A stretch of DNA of 64,000 nt from Pseudohongiellaceae bacterium (GCA_965661495.1 CBFIDY010000003.1:38619-102618), one strand, 5' to 3'; positions 1-9,370 are shown, counted from the first letter of the stretch. Notes: generated by a model from the sequence alone, not told the origin. A program made the numbers and translations.

Positions 1-1723
1 CGAAGATACCTGCGCGGGTAGGAACCCCTGTGCGCGGTAGATCGATACCCTGAAGGTCGGGATGGTTTTTAATGCGATCAGGCGTATCTGCGTTAGCTAC
101 CTGGAACACGTGGTCGCCGGTATTCATATCGATCGCTGTGATGCGGCCATAGGGCGGCTTCACAATGGGTAGGCCTTTCACGCGCGGTGCGCGTACGCCG
201 AATGCCATGCTGTAATCGATGTCTGAATTCTCGTCTTTGTCGACCGACAGGATGGACACGTCTGTGCGCGACGGGATGTAGATGATGCCAGTCTCAGGAT
301 CGATCGCAGCGCCTTCCCAGTTTGCACCGCCGGTAGCTGAAGGCAGGCTGATAGTACCGAGCGTGCCGTCTGGGCCGTTCTTCACTGAAGGTGGTTGGTA
401 CACGTTCTGGCTGAGGCGGAATTTCTCGATTGCTTTGAGGCCGAGCTCACGCAGTTCAGGTGTAAAATCAATGACGTCGTCTTCTGTGAAGCCCTGACGG
501 TCGAATGGCGCAGGCTTAGTGGGGAAGGGCTGTGTGGCCGCATACCACTCACCAGGCACATCGCCCGCTGGAACAGGAAGTTCCTCGATAGGCCAGATGG
601 GCTCGCCAGTTAAACGGTCGAAGGTGTAAACCCAAGACTGCTTAGTCACCTGCATGACGATCTTGCGGCCGTTAGGCAGATCGGCAAGGATGGGCGCAGC
701 GGGATTGTCCCAGTCCCAAATGTCATGGTGGATCAGTTGGAAGTGCCACTGGCGCTCACCGGTTTTGATATCCAGTGCAACTAGTGCGTCAGAGAACAGG
801 TTGTCACCTGGGCGGTCGCCGCCGAAGCGGTCGCCGGTAGCGGACTCGACTGGCAGGTAGACGTGGCCTAGCTCAGGGTCGCCTGACATGGGGGCCCAAA
901 CACCAGCATTACCAGTGAACTCAACGCCGCCGTCTAACCAGGTTTCGAAGCCGACTTCTCCGCGCTCAGGAATGGTTTTGAAGGTCCATAGATGCTCGCC
1001 GGTGCGGGCGTCGTAGCCGCGCACGTCGCCTTTCACATTTGACTTCGAGCGAGGGCGCATACCGACCTTGTGAGCAGGTCCGACAACCACGACGTCGTTC
1101 ATAACGAATGGCGGTGCCGATGAACCGATGTCTATGTTGTCGAAGCCTGTTGCGTTGCGCAGGCCTTCGAAGAGATCAACGCGACCGTTGTCGCCGAAGC
1201 TAGGGTCGGGGATGCCCGTTTCAGCATCGAGAGACACAAGGAAGAAGCCGGGAGTGATGTCGATAACGCGCTTCTCATCACCGTCGCGCCAAAAGGCGAC
1301 GCCACGGCCCGCACCCTTGCGCGGGGCATCGTCAAAGCGCTGGCCTTCCTGCGGACGCCACATCCACAGTACTTGGCCTGAAGCTGCGTCGAGTGCAACG
1401 ACGTTGCGAGTCGAGCCGACGTTCGCGTACAGCACGCCATCGATTTCGAGGGGGGTAGAGGGGTTGTTGAAATCCGTAGAGGGGCCGAAGCCGGCAGTGG
1501 AGAAGCGCCAAGCTAGTTCGAGTGAGCCGACATTCTCAGCGGTAATCTGATCCAGCGGCGAGTAGCGCTGGGCCTGCATGTTACCGTTGTAGTCAGGCCA
1601 GTCACCGGCGTAAACATCGGTCCCTGACTGACCGAGGGCAGCGCTGGACACAAAAGCTGCAGCGGAAAGAAGGCAGCCGGCCATCAGGCCCTGTGTTGGA
1701 GTCAATTTATTGCGTATCACCAT
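1..1723 (-). CDS. PQQ-dependent (quinoprotein) dehydrogenase, periplasmic; C-terminal part lies beyond the left window edge
   Basis: Absent from the ORF track because it has no in-window stop. My reverse-strand translation from ATG 1723-1721 (GGGAGA SD just upstream; alternative in-frame ATG at 1750) stays open down to base 2. It reads MVIRNKLTPTQGLMAGCLLSAAAFVSSAALGQ (signal peptide), then DWPDYNGNMQAQRYSPLDQI, GQVLWMWRP, GEHLWTFKTIP and HHDIWDWDNP. This is the W-rich beta-propeller signature of PQQ dehydrogenases. Confidence 0.8.
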   Translation of the reverse strand, partial: MVIRNKLTPTQGLMAGCLLSAAAFVSSAALGQSGTDVYAGDWPDYNGNMQAQRYSPLDQITAENVGSLELAWRFSTAGFGPSTDFNNPSTPLEIDGVLYANVGSTRNVVALDAASGQVLWMWRPQEGQRFDDAPRKGAGRGVAFWRDGDEKRVIDITPGFFLVSLDAETGIPDPSFGDNGRVDLFEGLRNATGFDNIDIGSSAPPFVMNDVVVVGPAHKVGMRPRSKSNVKGDVRGYDARTGEHLWTFKTIPERGEVGFETWLDGGVEFTGNAGVWAPMSGDPELGHVYLPVESATGDRFGGDRPGDNLFSDALVALDIKTGERQWHFQLIHHDIWDWDNPAAPILADLPNGRKIVMQVTKQSWVYTFDRLTGEPIWPIEELPVPAGDVPGEWYAATQPFPTKPAPFDRQGFTEDDVIDFTPELRELGLKAIEKFRLSQNVYQPPSVKNGPDGTLGTISLPSATGGANWEGAAIDPETGIIYIPSRTDVSILSVDKDENSDIDYSMAFGVRAPRVKGLPIVKPPYGRITAIDMNTGDHVFQVANADTPDRIKNHPDLQGIDLPRTGVPTRAGIF

Positions 1724-2279
1724 TCTCTCCCATTGATTGAATTTGTTCATAACTTTGCCGCGCTTCAAAGCGCTCTAGGCTTGAGGATTGCGCTATTTTA
1801 TCAATAGCTTGCGTCTTCTTATTAAGCTGTTCACCCTGTTTTGATGAGCGCACGATTTTGAAGTCGCGGCGAACATGCAGGCCTCTTGCGAGTGCGCGGC
1901 ATGATTACAACCCAAAAGGGCTATTGGGTCGGCAAGAATAAGCAATCCCCTAGCAATGAGCAAGTTTCAAATTGTGGCAGCAAAGCCAGTATTTAGGCGC
2001 TTTTCAAGGGGTTGGGGGGTGGGTTTTTGGGGGGCTCGAAATTGACTTCTCGGTTCGTTCAAAGGGTGCGAATTCAGCTTGATCTAGCGACGCATCCAGG
2101 CCGGTCAGGGGCGAGTGTAGTGAAAAATATCGAATGAACTTGTTGATCAGACCTTCATCAACCGTGTCTGCAACGAATCAACCATCGCGCAGGGGTGATT
2201 ACTCAGGCCTTCGGCGCTAGTGAAGGTGATAGCGAGCCGTTATACTCGCCGACTTCTTTAAATCAGCGATGGCGCGCGC

Positions 2280-3614
2280 ATGAACACTTCATCTCCTTCC
2301 CCCTCCAGCGAGCCGTCAGACTCTCAAAACGGATCAACAGATAACGCCAGTAAGCCCTCGGGGGCTTTCGCCGTTTTCGCCATCGCGCAGTTTCGCTGGC
2401 TGTTTTTGGGTAATGCCGCCTTCTTCATCGCTATGAACGGGCAGATGCTCACCCGCACGCTACTCGCCTGGGATCTGACAGGAACAGCGACGTCGCTGGC
2501 CTACATCAATCTGGTGGTCGCGGTGCCGATGATTTTCGCCTCGATAGTAGGCGGCGCGATTACCGATCGCGTCGAGCGTAGGCAGTTAGTCATTGTGGGG
2601 CAGTCGCTAATCGTGGCAAACGAAATCTTCATCCTTTCGCTGATGCTGCTTGGGAAGCTGGAGTTTTGGCATCTGCTTTGCACCGCCTTCGTTGCCGGCT
2701 GCGCTTTCCCCTTTATTATGCCGGCGCGCATGGCGATCACTGCTACGGTCGTTGGGCCCGAGAAAATACAGAGCGCGATGGCCTATACGGGCAGCGTCAT
2801 GAATCTGGCGAGGGTATTTGGCCCCGCACTGATGGGAGTCATCGTGGCGCAGCTGGATTATCAAGGCGCCTACGTACTGTCTATCGTGCTCTACACTGCC
2901 GCCGTTCTGTGTATGTTCGGTGTAGGGCGCAGCACCTCGGGCAGCGAGACAGACGAAAAGAAGGGCTTGTTCGACGATATCGGGCAGGGCTTCAGCTATA
3001 TACTGCGCAACCGCTCAGTGCTTTTGTGCTTACTCTTTGGGCTTGTCCCCATGTTCCTGGCAATGCCTTTTCAGAGCATCCTTGTCATGCTCGCCGAGCA
3101 GGAGTGGGGCGTTGGTGAGAGCGGCATGGGCACGCTGATGGCAGTTGGCGGCATCGGTGGTCTGCTGGGGTCTATCTGGATCATCAAGCGCGGCGATTCT
3201 CCACGGCGCCTAAAGCTGATGCTGTGGAGCACCGTGGCTTTCGGCGTGTTTCTGGCGATCTTTGTGGAAACGACCAATTTTTATCTAGCTCTGTTACCGC
3301 TGCTGCTGGCTAATATGTGCATGAGCGCGAGCCAGACGGTGAACAACGCCGCTATCCAGCTGCTAGTCGACGACAGCGTGAGAGGGCGCATGAGCAGTTT
3401 CATGATGCTGTCGTACGCGCTCACGCCGATAGGCGTGTTCCCCATGGCGATTGCCGCCGACAACATTGGCGCGGCGAACTCCATCTTGGGTGCCTGCGTA
3501 CTGCTAGTTGTGGTGGTGGCTGCGTTCTATGCGTTTAGTAAAACGCTGCGCGCGCTCGACGCGAGTGTGTCGGCGAAGGTGGCAGAGACGTCGGCGCAGC
3601 GCGCGGCAGCCTAA
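2280..3614 (+). CDS. MFS transporter (12-TM)
   Basis: 444-aa ORF with an S/P-rich cytoplasmic N-terminus followed by regularly spaced hydrophobic helices. The GGAITDRVERR loop after TM2 is typical of MFS. Confidence 0.85.
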   Translation: MNTSSPSPSSEPSDSQNGSTDNASKPSGAFAVFAIAQFRWLFLGNAAFFIAMNGQMLTRTLLAWDLTGTATSLAYINLVVAVPMIFASIVGGAITDRVERRQLVIVGQSLIVANEIFILSLMLLGKLEFWHLLCTAFVAGCAFPFIMPARMAITATVVGPEKIQSAMAYTGSVMNLARVFGPALMGVIVAQLDYQGAYVLSIVLYTAAVLCMFGVGRSTSGSETDEKKGLFDDIGQGFSYILRNRSVLLCLLFGLVPMFLAMPFQSILVMLAEQEWGVGESGMGTLMAVGGIGGLLGSIWIIKRGDSPRRLKLMLWSTVAFGVFLAIFVETTNFYLALLPLLLANMCMSASQTVNNAAIQLLVDDSVRGRMSSFMMLSYALTPIGVFPMAIAADNIGAANSILGACVLLVVVVAAFYAFSKTLRALDASVSAKVAETSAQRAAA

Positions 3615-3627
3615 TCTCTAGGGCTAA

Positions 3628-3650
3628 TGCTGCCTGGTGGAGACAGGCAG
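3628..3650. terminator. Hairpin between convergent genes (GCTGCCTG-N7-CAGGCAGC), no clear T-run
   Basis: Perfect 8-bp inverted repeat read directly, lying between the MFS stop (3614) and the stop of the minus-strand gene (3676). Confidence 0.4.
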
Positions 3651-3675
3651 CGTGAACTAGCTGTCTACCCGAGGC

Positions 3676-4167
3676 CTAGTCGTCCCCGACCTCGAGACTG
3701 TGATCAACTTCCTCTTTGATCATGGAGTCTATCCCTTCCCGTATGCTGCTTGTCGATAGGCTCACTTCGAATAAAAACAGCACCAGGCCGATAATCACCA
3801 AACACATCGAGGCGACGAATAGAAAGGCGATGACGGGCGAGAAATTTAGGTGTGAAAGCTCGCTTAAAAACAGCGTCATGATGACCAGACAAACGATAAG
3901 CGCGCCGGCCACAAGAGTGCGGAACGACCAGTCGACGAGACGAATGCGATTCCATAGTGAATTGGTTTCTGCCTGCAGCAGGGCGCGATGATCCTCATGT
4001 GTTTCCCGCGAGCGACGGGTCTCCACGACGCGGACGCGGTCTACAACGCGGCCAAGGCGGATAGACAACACATTAAGAAGCCCAGCGATGCCAGCGAGGA
4101 GGAACACAGGGGCAACGGCGAGCTGAATGACGGTGGCGATCGACGAGATCGAGCTGAGTGTTTCCAT
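3676..4167 (-). CDS. DUF2721-type small membrane protein
   Basis: 163 aa. Architecture is TM, charged helical linker, then two TMs (METLSSISSIATVIQLAVAPVFLLAGIAGLLNVLSIRLGRVVDR...), as remembered for DUF2721. Confidence 0.6.
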   Translation of the reverse strand: METLSSISSIATVIQLAVAPVFLLAGIAGLLNVLSIRLGRVVDRVRVVETRRSRETHEDHRALLQAETNSLWNRIRLVDWSFRTLVAGALIVCLVIMTLFLSELSHLNFSPVIAFLFVASMCLVIIGLVLFLFEVSLSTSSIREGIDSMIKEEVDHSLEVGDD

Positions 4168-4183
4168 GATGGAGAGCAGTATC

Positions 4184-4960
4184 CTAAGTGTTATTCGCGT
4201 TGCGTCTGTCTAGTTCTTGCCAATGTAACTGGCCGTTGCCCGGCGTGCGAGTCAGGTGTATCCAGTATTCCGCCACCGCGATATGTATCACGCCTGCCAT
4301 CCAGAATGTCGTGCCGAACAGAATGGCAATCTCAATATTCAATAGCGACATCATTGCGGTGAGCATGAGTCGCTCGGTGGCTATAGCAAGCATCAGCGCG
4401 AACCCGCGAATCATCCATTCTCGATGTAACCCAATTCTTTTATGGCGCACATGATAAATGGCCATGCAGAGTGAAAAAATGACAATCGCTGAAAAAAACG
4501 CCGTTGCCATCGCTTCGTTAAATCCTTGGCCGTTGATTCCCATGAACGGGTGCAAGACACCGATAAAGAATCCCGTTATGGCTCCCAGTAGCCCTGAGGC
4601 GACATAGAGCCGCCCGCTGACTCGATGCCAGCGCAAAGCGCGCTTGCGCAGGGCAGGGATAAACTGCAAGGGACCTAATGCCGCGACGAGCGCACCGGTG
4701 ACTAGGTGCATGAAAGAGGCGAAGCTGTTGTTGTAATAGCGCACATCGAATGCGTTAAACGCGGCATCGGGGTCGGCAGGGGCAAGAGCGATAGCGTCCA
4801 ATAGAAAGAGGGCGCGCCCCGCAATAGCCGCAAGGCCCGTAACGACGAGAACGCCAACCAAGCCCCAGCCGAGCACAGCGAGTCGTCTACGCAGCATGGG
4901 CGCGCGGCCTGAAGAGAACGCTTGCGTGGCTGAGGGTTGGGTGTTCGGAGTTTTCGACAC
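4184..4960 (-). CDS. Polytopic membrane protein, DUF2306-like
   Basis: 258 aa with about six predicted TM helices and an HRVSGRLYV motif reminiscent of DUF2306. The family call is tentative; the CDS itself is solid. Confidence 0.55.
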   Translation of the reverse strand: MSKTPNTQPSATQAFSSGRAPMLRRRLAVLGWGLVGVLVVTGLAAIAGRALFLLDAIALAPADPDAAFNAFDVRYYNNSFASFMHLVTGALVAALGPLQFIPALRKRALRWHRVSGRLYVASGLLGAITGFFIGVLHPFMGINGQGFNEAMATAFFSAIVIFSLCMAIYHVRHKRIGLHREWMIRGFALMLAIATERLMLTAMMSLLNIEIAILFGTTFWMAGVIHIAVAEYWIHLTRTPGNGQLHWQELDRRNANNT

Positions 4961-5075
4961 AGCTTTACCACCATTTTTGACAGCGAGTTAAGCACAGAGG
5001 GCTAGGATTGGCTAGCAAGGTGTCGTCGGTTTGCTTAATTCGATTTGGAGTGACCTCGCTGAGCGGGTCTTTGGC

Positions 5076-5198
5076 AGAGTAAAGGGTTTTCGAACCAGTT
5101 GGTCGGGAGTTCGACAGGCGCATGCGCCGCAGACCGCGCTAGCGCGGCCCCTTGGGGTGAGTCTCTTGGCTCAGCCGAGAGGCGAATCAATCTCTCCG
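5076..5198 (+). pseudogene. Decayed, interrupted copy of tRNA-Arg (no acceptor or D arm)
   Basis: 5089-5114 is a perfect 26-nt copy of tRNA positions 5303-5328 (TTCGAACCAGTTGGTCGGGAGTTCGA). Flanking bases 5076-5088 match the D-stem/anticodon-stem region with mismatches. The rest of the T arm (CGAATC..CTCTCCG) reappears at 5183-5198 after a 65-70 bp insert of four hairpins. Confidence 0.6.
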
Positions 5199-5269
5199 CA
5201 TAACCTCCGCGCGCAAGCGAATCTAATTTAAAGTGACCTAGCCCTGCGGGTCTTATATACTGCTGTCAC

Positions 5270-5346
5270 GCGCCCGTAGCTCAGCTGGATAGAGTAACTG
5301 GCTTCGAACCAGTTGGTCGGGAGTTCGAATCTCTCCGGGCGCGCCA
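5270..5346 (+). tRNA. tRNA-Arg, anticodon UCG
   Basis: Hand-folded cloverleaf. Acceptor GCGCCCG/CGGGCGC and D stem GCTC/GAGT. Anticodon stem ACTGG/CCAGT with loop CTTCGAA (anticodon TCG). Variable loop TGGTC, T arm GGGAG-TTCGAAT-CTCTC, discriminator G and encoded CCA. Total 77 nt. Confidence 0.93.
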
Positions 5347-5391
5347 TCTCATTCTTCCCTACACAATTTCCCACCCACGTCTCCGTGATCT

Positions 5392-6159
5392 CTAAACTCG
5401 CTTTTCCTCTATTCTAGATTTTGTAAACCCCGCAAGCGTGAGGGTCTCATTTACAGAATAGTTTTCAACGTTAATGTCGAGATTGAGGTAAGCAGTCGTG
5501 AAGTCATCCATCGACAATGTGCACTCGGCGATATCTTCAAGGCCCCTTGCCCAAGGGAATAACTTGTTCACTCTAACTCGGATCTCTGCAAGGCTAAGCA
5601 GCATTTTAATAATATGGTACTTGTCTAATAAAGAAGGGTCTTGGTCCCTAATTTCTGTTTCATTAGATCTAGCATCAAACACTTGCATAATGGACAGAAT
5701 TTCCACTAGGAGACGCCCAGCATCTTCTTGAGCTAATTTAATGCAATCACTGAAATTTTCTCGTAGCGTCGGTGTAACTTTTAGCCGGCTGGGATAATGT
5801 GCCTCTGAAATTTTTCCTTCAAATAAATCCTTGTAAATTTCTGAGTGAAGTGTCAAAAGTTCGCAAATTTCACTCAAACTTGCTGGAAGTAGGGCTTTGG
5901 CAGCTTTTAAGTTTTGTGCCTGTTGAATTTTCAGGCGGTGGTTCGAAATCTTCAAAGCGACTACGCTCGATGCTAGAGCTAACACGCCTACGTTGAAGCC
6001 TTGCCAGCGGTCCCATACGCTCTGCACATAGGCCCATCTAAAATCGCCAATAATAAATGGTGCGACGATCATGCAGGTAGCGTATATAGCTAACGAAACG
6101 GTGACAACTGATGTCAACGGATCAATTTTTTTTACCACTTTCAATCTTAAAATTTGCAT
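5392..6159 (-). CDS. Hypothetical membrane-anchored protein (two N-terminal TM helices plus a helical domain), AT-rich foreign-looking gene
   Basis: 255-aa ORF immediately 3' of the tRNA. It is clearly AT-richer than its surroundings: my count gives 22 G+C in the 60 nt of 5581-5640 versus 42 in 10021-10080. I recognise no family. Confidence 0.65.
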   Translation of the reverse strand: MQILRLKVVKKIDPLTSVVTVSLAIYATCMIVAPFIIGDFRWAYVQSVWDRWQGFNVGVLALASSVVALKISNHRLKIQQAQNLKAAKALLPASLSEICELLTLHSEIYKDLFEGKISEAHYPSRLKVTPTLRENFSDCIKLAQEDAGRLLVEILSIMQVFDARSNETEIRDQDPSLLDKYHIIKMLLSLAEIRVRVNKLFPWARGLEDIAECTLSMDDFTTAYLNLDINVENYSVNETLTLAGFTKSRIEEKRV

Positions 6160-6388
6160 TAATCCCTTTGATCTCTATTCAAAAATGCGTCGGGTAAGAA
6201 GGTTGCAAATGCTGCGCATCGGCCGGAGGTTCAGACTTCTCGCGTACTAAAAATTCAATCGAGTTATGAGCCAACTAATAAAGACCGAGAAGGCATGGAT
6301 TCCTTACAACAATTCAACATTGTGAACCGACGCACTAGGCGGTATAACTAGGCTTTGTAAAAACTAAAATAAGAGAGAAATCAGAGCT

Positions 6389-7687
6389 ATGGCTGAACCT
6401 TTATTACAACCGGATGCCGAAAACCCTTACAAAAGCAAAAAAGTGAGAAATTATGCTCTCGGGCTTCTTACTTTAGGCTACTGTTTTAACTTTATTGATA
6501 GACAGCTCCTATCAATCCTTCAGGAAGCAATCAAAGTGGATCTGGATTTATCAGACTCACAGCTTGGCTTGCTGACAGGCTTCGCATTCGCCATGTTTTA
6601 TGTGTCTGCTGGTATTCCTATCGCGCGATGGGCTGACAAAGGTAATAGGCGGAATATTGTCTCGCTTGCGATCGGTATCTGGAGTCTGATGACCGCTGTG
6701 AGCGGACTCGCTCAAAACTACCTGCAGCTGTTCCTAGCGCGGATTGGTGTTGGTGTCGGAGAGGCAGGAGGTAGTCCGCCTTCCCACTCGATAATTTCCG
6801 ATATATTCCCAGCAGAGAAGCGCGCTACGGCTATTTCTATCTACTCCACCGGAGTTAACATAGGAATACTGTTTGGCTTCTTGCTTGGAGGATGGTTAAA
6901 CGAATTTTTCGGCTGGCGCATCGCTTTCGCAGTAGTGGGTTTACCCGGATTACTTATTGCACTGGTAATCAGGTATTCAATTAAAGAGCCAATTCGTGGT
7001 CTGTCGGATGGAAAACAGGTAACCGAGGTTGCTCCGCTGGGAGATGTGCTTAAACTTTTATTCAGTCGGAGTTCGTTCCGGCACATTGCCTTAGGGGCTG
7101 GGCTCAATGCCTTCGCAGCTTATGGAACCGTAAACTGGCAGGGGTCGTTTTTCATCAGGCTGCATGGGATGAGCACTGGCGAGCTAGGCACATGGTTGGC
7201 GCTTTCTTCTGGCTTCCTGGGCGCGGTTGGCATACTCGGTGGTGGCATGTTGGCCGATAAGCTCGCCCCTCGAGATAAGCGCTGGTATGTATGGATTCCG
7301 GCAATCGTTGGTTTCATCGGTGTGCCTTTCTTTATTACCGTCTTTCTCATTGAGTCTACCTATGCCGCTTTAATCCTTTCCTGTATCCCCGGAACATTGA
7401 TCAACGTTTATCTGGGTAACTCAATCGCAACTTCCCATGCATTGGTTGGCGCGAGAATGCGAGCAATGGCGTCGGCGATTCTATTCTTTATACTTAATCT
7501 AATCGGTCTTGGGCTTGGTCCTCTGTTTATAGGCCTTCTAAGCGACTATCTGGCACCCACAATGGGCGTCGAATCACTACGCTACGCGATGGTCTATCTG
7601 ATCCCAGGAGCTCTGTTCTGGTCTTCGTGTCACTTTATGCTGGCCTCTCGCTCGCTGCGAGATGATCTCGCGAACGCGCCTGACTAG
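6389..7687 (+). CDS. MFS transporter (spinster-like subfamily)
   Basis: 432 aa. Motifs FNFIDRQLLSIL, GIPIARWADKGNRRNI and LARIGVGVGEAGGSPPSHSIISD are typical of this MFS subfamily. Intermediate GC content. Confidence 0.85.
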   Translation: MAEPLLQPDAENPYKSKKVRNYALGLLTLGYCFNFIDRQLLSILQEAIKVDLDLSDSQLGLLTGFAFAMFYVSAGIPIARWADKGNRRNIVSLAIGIWSLMTAVSGLAQNYLQLFLARIGVGVGEAGGSPPSHSIISDIFPAEKRATAISIYSTGVNIGILFGFLLGGWLNEFFGWRIAFAVVGLPGLLIALVIRYSIKEPIRGLSDGKQVTEVAPLGDVLKLLFSRSSFRHIALGAGLNAFAAYGTVNWQGSFFIRLHGMSTGELGTWLALSSGFLGAVGILGGGMLADKLAPRDKRWYVWIPAIVGFIGVPFFITVFLIESTYAALILSCIPGTLINVYLGNSIATSHALVGARMRAMASAILFFILNLIGLGLGPLFIGLLSDYLAPTMGVESLRYAMVYLIPGALFWSSCHFMLASRSLRDDLANAPD

Positions 7688-7721
7688 CGTCGTGTCGGCT
7701 TAGAGAAGAAAGACTCAAAAA

Positions 7722-7755
7722 GGCGTATCTGCGTGTGGCAGTTACGCCTTTTTTT
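7722..7755 (+). terminator. Rho-independent terminator after the MFS gene
   Basis: GGCGTA-T-CTGC / GTGTG loop / GCAG-T-TACGCC followed by T7. Confidence 0.7.
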
Positions 7756-7834
7756 GCATTGCCGCACCCAGGCTTAGCCCTTACACTTTGCTCTCAAAAC
7801 GCTTTCTTGTTTACCATCTGAATTAGAGATTCCC

Positions 7835-8593
7835 GTGCGTTCAACGCTTTGCCTTGCTTTTGTTTGCCTGCTGTCTGGAGGCCTGAGTACGAATGTTGTA
7901 AGCGCCGACACTGCGCTAGTAGCAGTGGCGTCGAACTTTATGCGGCCTGCTCAAAGCCTTGCGCAGGTTTTTGAGGCGGATAGCGGCCATCGAGTGGAGC
8001 TTGCCTTTGGCTCCTCAGGAAAGCTCAGCTCCCAAATTATGAATGGCGCGCCTTTCGACGTGTTCTTGTCAGCCGATCAGGCCAAGGTGGTTGTGCTCAT
8101 TGATAAGGGCCTCGGTGCGGCTGGTATGCAACGTACCTATGCGCTAGGCGCATTAGCACTATGGAGTGCGCAGCCCGGACTCACGCCGAACATTGAGTGG
8201 CTGCGCACGCAGCAACAGCAGCGCTTAGCGCATGCTAATCCTATTCTAGCTCCCTACGGGCTTGCCGCGCAGCAGGTGCTGGCAAACGCGCGGATTAATC
8301 TGGGCGCCGATCGCATCGTGCTGGGCGAGAATATCTCTCAGGTCTATCAGTTCGTTGCCACAGGCGCTGTGCCCGCTGGGTTTGTAGCGCTGTCTCAATT
8401 AGTAGGAGAGCCGCCAGCGACTGGCTCGCAGTGGCGGGTGCCATCGAGCTATCATGCGCCAATCAAACAGGACATGCTTCTGCTCAGCCGAGGAGAACAA
8501 AATCTGGCGGCTGCCGAGTTTTATCAGTTCCTGCAAAGCCAATCAGGCCACGAAATCATTCGCCGCTTCGGTTACAGTCTGCCGCAGCTCTAA
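7835..8593 (+). CDS. modA: Molybdate ABC transporter substrate-binding protein
   Basis: 252 aa with GTG start and signal peptide. Motifs VAVASNF and FGSSGKLSSQIMNGAPFDVFLSAD are typical of ModA, and modB and modC follow. Confidence 0.9.
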   Translation: MRSTLCLAFVCLLSGGLSTNVVSADTALVAVASNFMRPAQSLAQVFEADSGHRVELAFGSSGKLSSQIMNGAPFDVFLSADQAKVVVLIDKGLGAAGMQRTYALGALALWSAQPGLTPNIEWLRTQQQQRLAHANPILAPYGLAAQQVLANARINLGADRIVLGENISQVYQFVATGAVPAGFVALSQLVGEPPATGSQWRVPSSYHAPIKQDMLLLSRGEQNLAAAEFYQFLQSQSGHEIIRRFGYSLPQL

Positions 8594-8677
8594 GTCGCCG
8601 CGAAGAAACAGCGAGAACACTATGAAGACAGCAAGGCAATGGGTTAAGCGCTGCGGAATTAGGTTAGCGGCTCGTTG

Positions 8678-9370
8678 ATGGAAGCCAACCTCGCCGCCAT
8701 CTGGCTGACTCTGCGTTTAGCCTCTACCGTGACTGTACTGCTTCTGCTCATCGGCACGCCGATCGCCTGGTGGCTCGCTCGCACCCGCGCGTGGTATCGC
8801 GGCGCGGTCGCAGCGATCGTCGCCATGCCACTGATCTTGCCGCCCACGGTGCTCGGGTTTTATCTGCTGTTACTCATGGGCCCCAACGGGCCTGTTGGGG
8901 CCGTGACGCAGGCGCTAGGCTTAGGTCTTTTGCCGTTTACCTTTTGGGGTTTAGTTATTGCTTCCTGTCTTTACTCTTTGCCCTTTGTGGTACAGCCGAT
9001 ACAAAACGCATTCGAAGCAATTGGCGAGCGGCCTTTTGAGGTGGCGGCGACACTCGGTGCATCGCGCTGGGACCGATTTTTCAGTGTGGCATTGCCGCAG
9101 GCGCGGCCGGGCTTTGTGACAGCAAGCGTGCTCGGCTTCGCCCATACGGTCGGCGAATTTGGCGTGGTATTGATGATTGGCGGAAATATTCCCGGTGTGA
9201 CGCGGGTCGTTTCGGTGCAGCTCTACGATCACGTCGAGGCTTTGGACTACGCGCAGGCCCACTGGCTCGCGGGTAGCTTGGTCGCCTTCAGTTTTCTTGT
9301 GCTGGCTTCGCTTTACGGCTTCAATCGCCGCGCCGCGACCGCTTTAATGCCGAGTGGTGAGAGCACATGA
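8678..9370 (+). CDS. modB: Molybdate ABC transporter permease
   Basis: The ORF track starts at TTG 8675; the adjacent ATG 8678 is preferred. Five or six TM helices with an EAA-type loop (EVAATLGASRWDRFFSVALPQARPG). Confidence 0.9.
   Translation: MEANLAAIWLTLRLASTVTVLLLLIGTPIAWWLARTRAWYRGAVAAIVAMPLILPPTVLGFYLLLLMGPNGPVGAVTQALGLGLLPFTFWGLVIASCLYSLPFVVQPIQNAFEAIGERPFEVAATLGASRWDRFFSVALPQARPGFVTASVLGFAHTVGEFGVVLMIGGNIPGVTRVVSVQLYDHVEALDYAQAHWLAGSLVAFSFLVLASLYGFNRRAATALMPSGEST

Noticed and set aside
5031-5231. 66-aa plus-strand ORF upstream of tRNA-Arg.
   Set aside because: It is made of the tRNA-like fragment plus the palindromic hairpin cassette. It has no RBS and is best explained as non-coding.
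5347-7760. Intact integrative element (genomic island with integrase) at tRNA-Arg.
   Set aside because: There is no integrase, excisionase or transposase ORF on either strand, and only a very weak candidate distal repeat. At most this is a decayed remnant.
7688-7834. Moco riboswitch or ModE operator upstream of modA.
   Set aside because: No conserved Moco-motif helices and no ModE-type palindrome could be recognised in the 147-bp leader.
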